Of a stretch of 64,000 nucleotides of DNA, positions 62,277 to 64,000 are shown piece by piece. The stretch is from Fistulifera solaris (taxonomy: Eukaryota): the NCBI GenBank assembly GCA_030295235.1, contig AP026130.1:930001-994000 (forward strand). Reading direction: 5' to 3'. The notes beneath the pieces were generated by a model, which did not search any database, was not told the DNA's origin, and saw only the letters and a list, made by a program, of their open reading frames with translations. The position numbers and the translations under genes are program-made. Positions within the stretch are counted from its first letter, which is position 1; each line of letters starts with the position of its first letter.

Positions 62277-64000
62277 ATGCAGGGAAATACTCCGCAACCT
62301 TCGGCGTCTTCGTCCTACTCGTTTGATAACATTGAAAGCATGGAAACATCCCTCCACGAACATCCCATGGGATCTAAATACGATCTTCCTGTTACGTCAT
62401 CGGACGTTGTGGATACTGAAGCCGCTGTCGGTCCGGACATTGAAAGTTTCGAGGTAGACGGAGACACCAATCGCATGAACCCTTTCGCTGTACGAGACAG
62501 CCGCACGCTGACATGGAGAAATGTGCACCTGACTCTGGTAAGAAAGTGATCTACTTCTCGCTCCGTTTCACCTACAAGTCTCACAACTCATGCTTTCGAA
62601 AGGTCGGCACCAAGTATAGAGAAGAAAAGAAAATTCTCGATAATGTTTGTGGTGAAATTCCAGAGCGAAAGACAACAGCCATTATGGGAGCCAGTGGGGC
62701 CGGAAAAACAAGTTTATTGAACGTGTTGGCTGGTCGATTGCAATCGAGTCGAGAATTGCGTGTCGAAGGAGAAATTCGCATCAACAATGAGTTGGTCGAG
62801 CCCACCGATATCAATGTTCGCCGTCAGATTGCCTTTGTTGCACAAGATGATAGTCTGCAAGTCACAGCCACTCCCCGAGAGGCGATTCGGTTCTCGGCGC
62901 GGTTGCGTTTGTCCAGAGACGTGTCCAAGGAAGAAATTGATCAATTGACGGACCGGATGTTACTCGAACTTGGATTGACGGATTGTGCGGATACTATCGT
63001 AGGAGGTGCTTTGATCAAGGGCATTTCCGGTGGAGAGCGCAAACGCACTAGTGTTGGTGTAGAGCTAGTGACAAGGCCGGGGGTTGTTTTCCTGGATGAA
63101 CCGACATCCGGCTTGGATTCGTACTCGTCTCTGCAATGTTGCAATGTGCTTCGCAAAGTGGCACAAGCTGGCGCTAGTGTACTGTTTACAATTCACCAAC
63201 CCTCCTCGGAGATTTTTGAGTCAATCGATCAACTCATCTTGATGAATAAGGGGCGGGTCATGTTTCAGGGAGCAGTAAAGGATATGCCTGCCGCCTTTGG
63301 GAAATTTGGCTATCCTATACCCAACAACTACAATCCAGCCGATTTTGTCATTGTAAGTACAACCTGCTATTAGATTGCTGATACGGTGCAATACAGGTTT
63401 GCTCACAAATTATTCAATAACTCAGGATCTTGCACAAACCGTCTCTATCACCGAACTGGAGAAAGCTGGTTTCTTTCAAAATGATTCATTGGATGGAAAG
63501 AAAGACGACGGCTTATGTCACAACAGTTTGAACACAGAAACTAGTGTTGTCGACGCACCGCCACCCGGAATCGCAACACAGAGCCGTTTGCTTTTTCTGC
63601 GTGAGCTTCACCACATGCATAGGGATTGGACTGTCACTTTCTCCAGAGTTGTGGTTAGCTCGGTCGTCGGATTGTTCCTGGGCATGCTTTTTCTCGATGT
63701 TGGAGATACAGATAGGAGTGATAGAATTCTTCTGCAAAGTTACCTGGGAGGTGTTATGATCATCCTTTGTGCCATGATGATCGTCCAGATGCAAGTTTCT
63801 ATGTTCGTCATCCCCGACGAACGACCCATCTTTCTTCGCGAGTTCAGCACAAATCATTATGCAGTTCTCTCGTACATGGTATCACATCTTTTGGCGGAAG
63901 CTGTGCTAACCGCAGTGCAGGTGTTTATCTTGCTTTCCTTGGTGTATTGGACGATGGGGTTGAGTGGCAGGTTTGTCGTTCACTTCTTGTCTACGTTTGC
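62277..64000 (+). CDS. ABCG (White-type) half transporter, partial at window end
   Basis: GASGAGKTS, ISGGERKR, FLDEPTSGLD, TIHQP followed by the TM domain; introns 62538-62602 and 63353-63425. Confidence 0.93.

Overview
Gene-dense eukaryotic nuclear DNA with short GT-AG introns. Bipartite signal+'ASAF'-type plastid presequences and a CoDi-like Ty1/copia element point to a diatom, probably pennate (inference). About 27 protein genes can be supported: fused-type anthranilate synthase (truncated by the window edge), xylulokinase, NDPK, HIP/ST13, a mitochondrial carrier, organellar IleRS, PP1, NR2C2AP, a TKL kinase, a DeSI peptidase, an F1-alpha-like protein, a GT4 glycosyltransferase, PRMT1, a VOC-fold protein, MSH1, a TTM-GTase capping enzyme, pICln, an ABCG transporter and several hypotheticals. 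Repeats and mobile DNA comprise a complete 7.1-kb LTR retrotransposon (ATAGG TSD, TG...GA LTRs), two non-autonomous TIR elements and four tandem arrays (217, ~52, ~220 and ~34 bp). Many conserved genes carry single-base frameshifts, mostly in homopolymers, which most likely reflect assembly errors. The best leads are: an MSH1 with an N-terminal segment resembling the DNA Pol I thumb; a P-loop-less F1-alpha paralog; a three-exon 51-aa microprotein absent from the ORF track; a 10-nt micro-exon; and upstream satellite arrays, three sharing a CCAGAA palindromic motif and one with a hypervariable cassette. All family calls come from motif recognition by eye; no database search was run.
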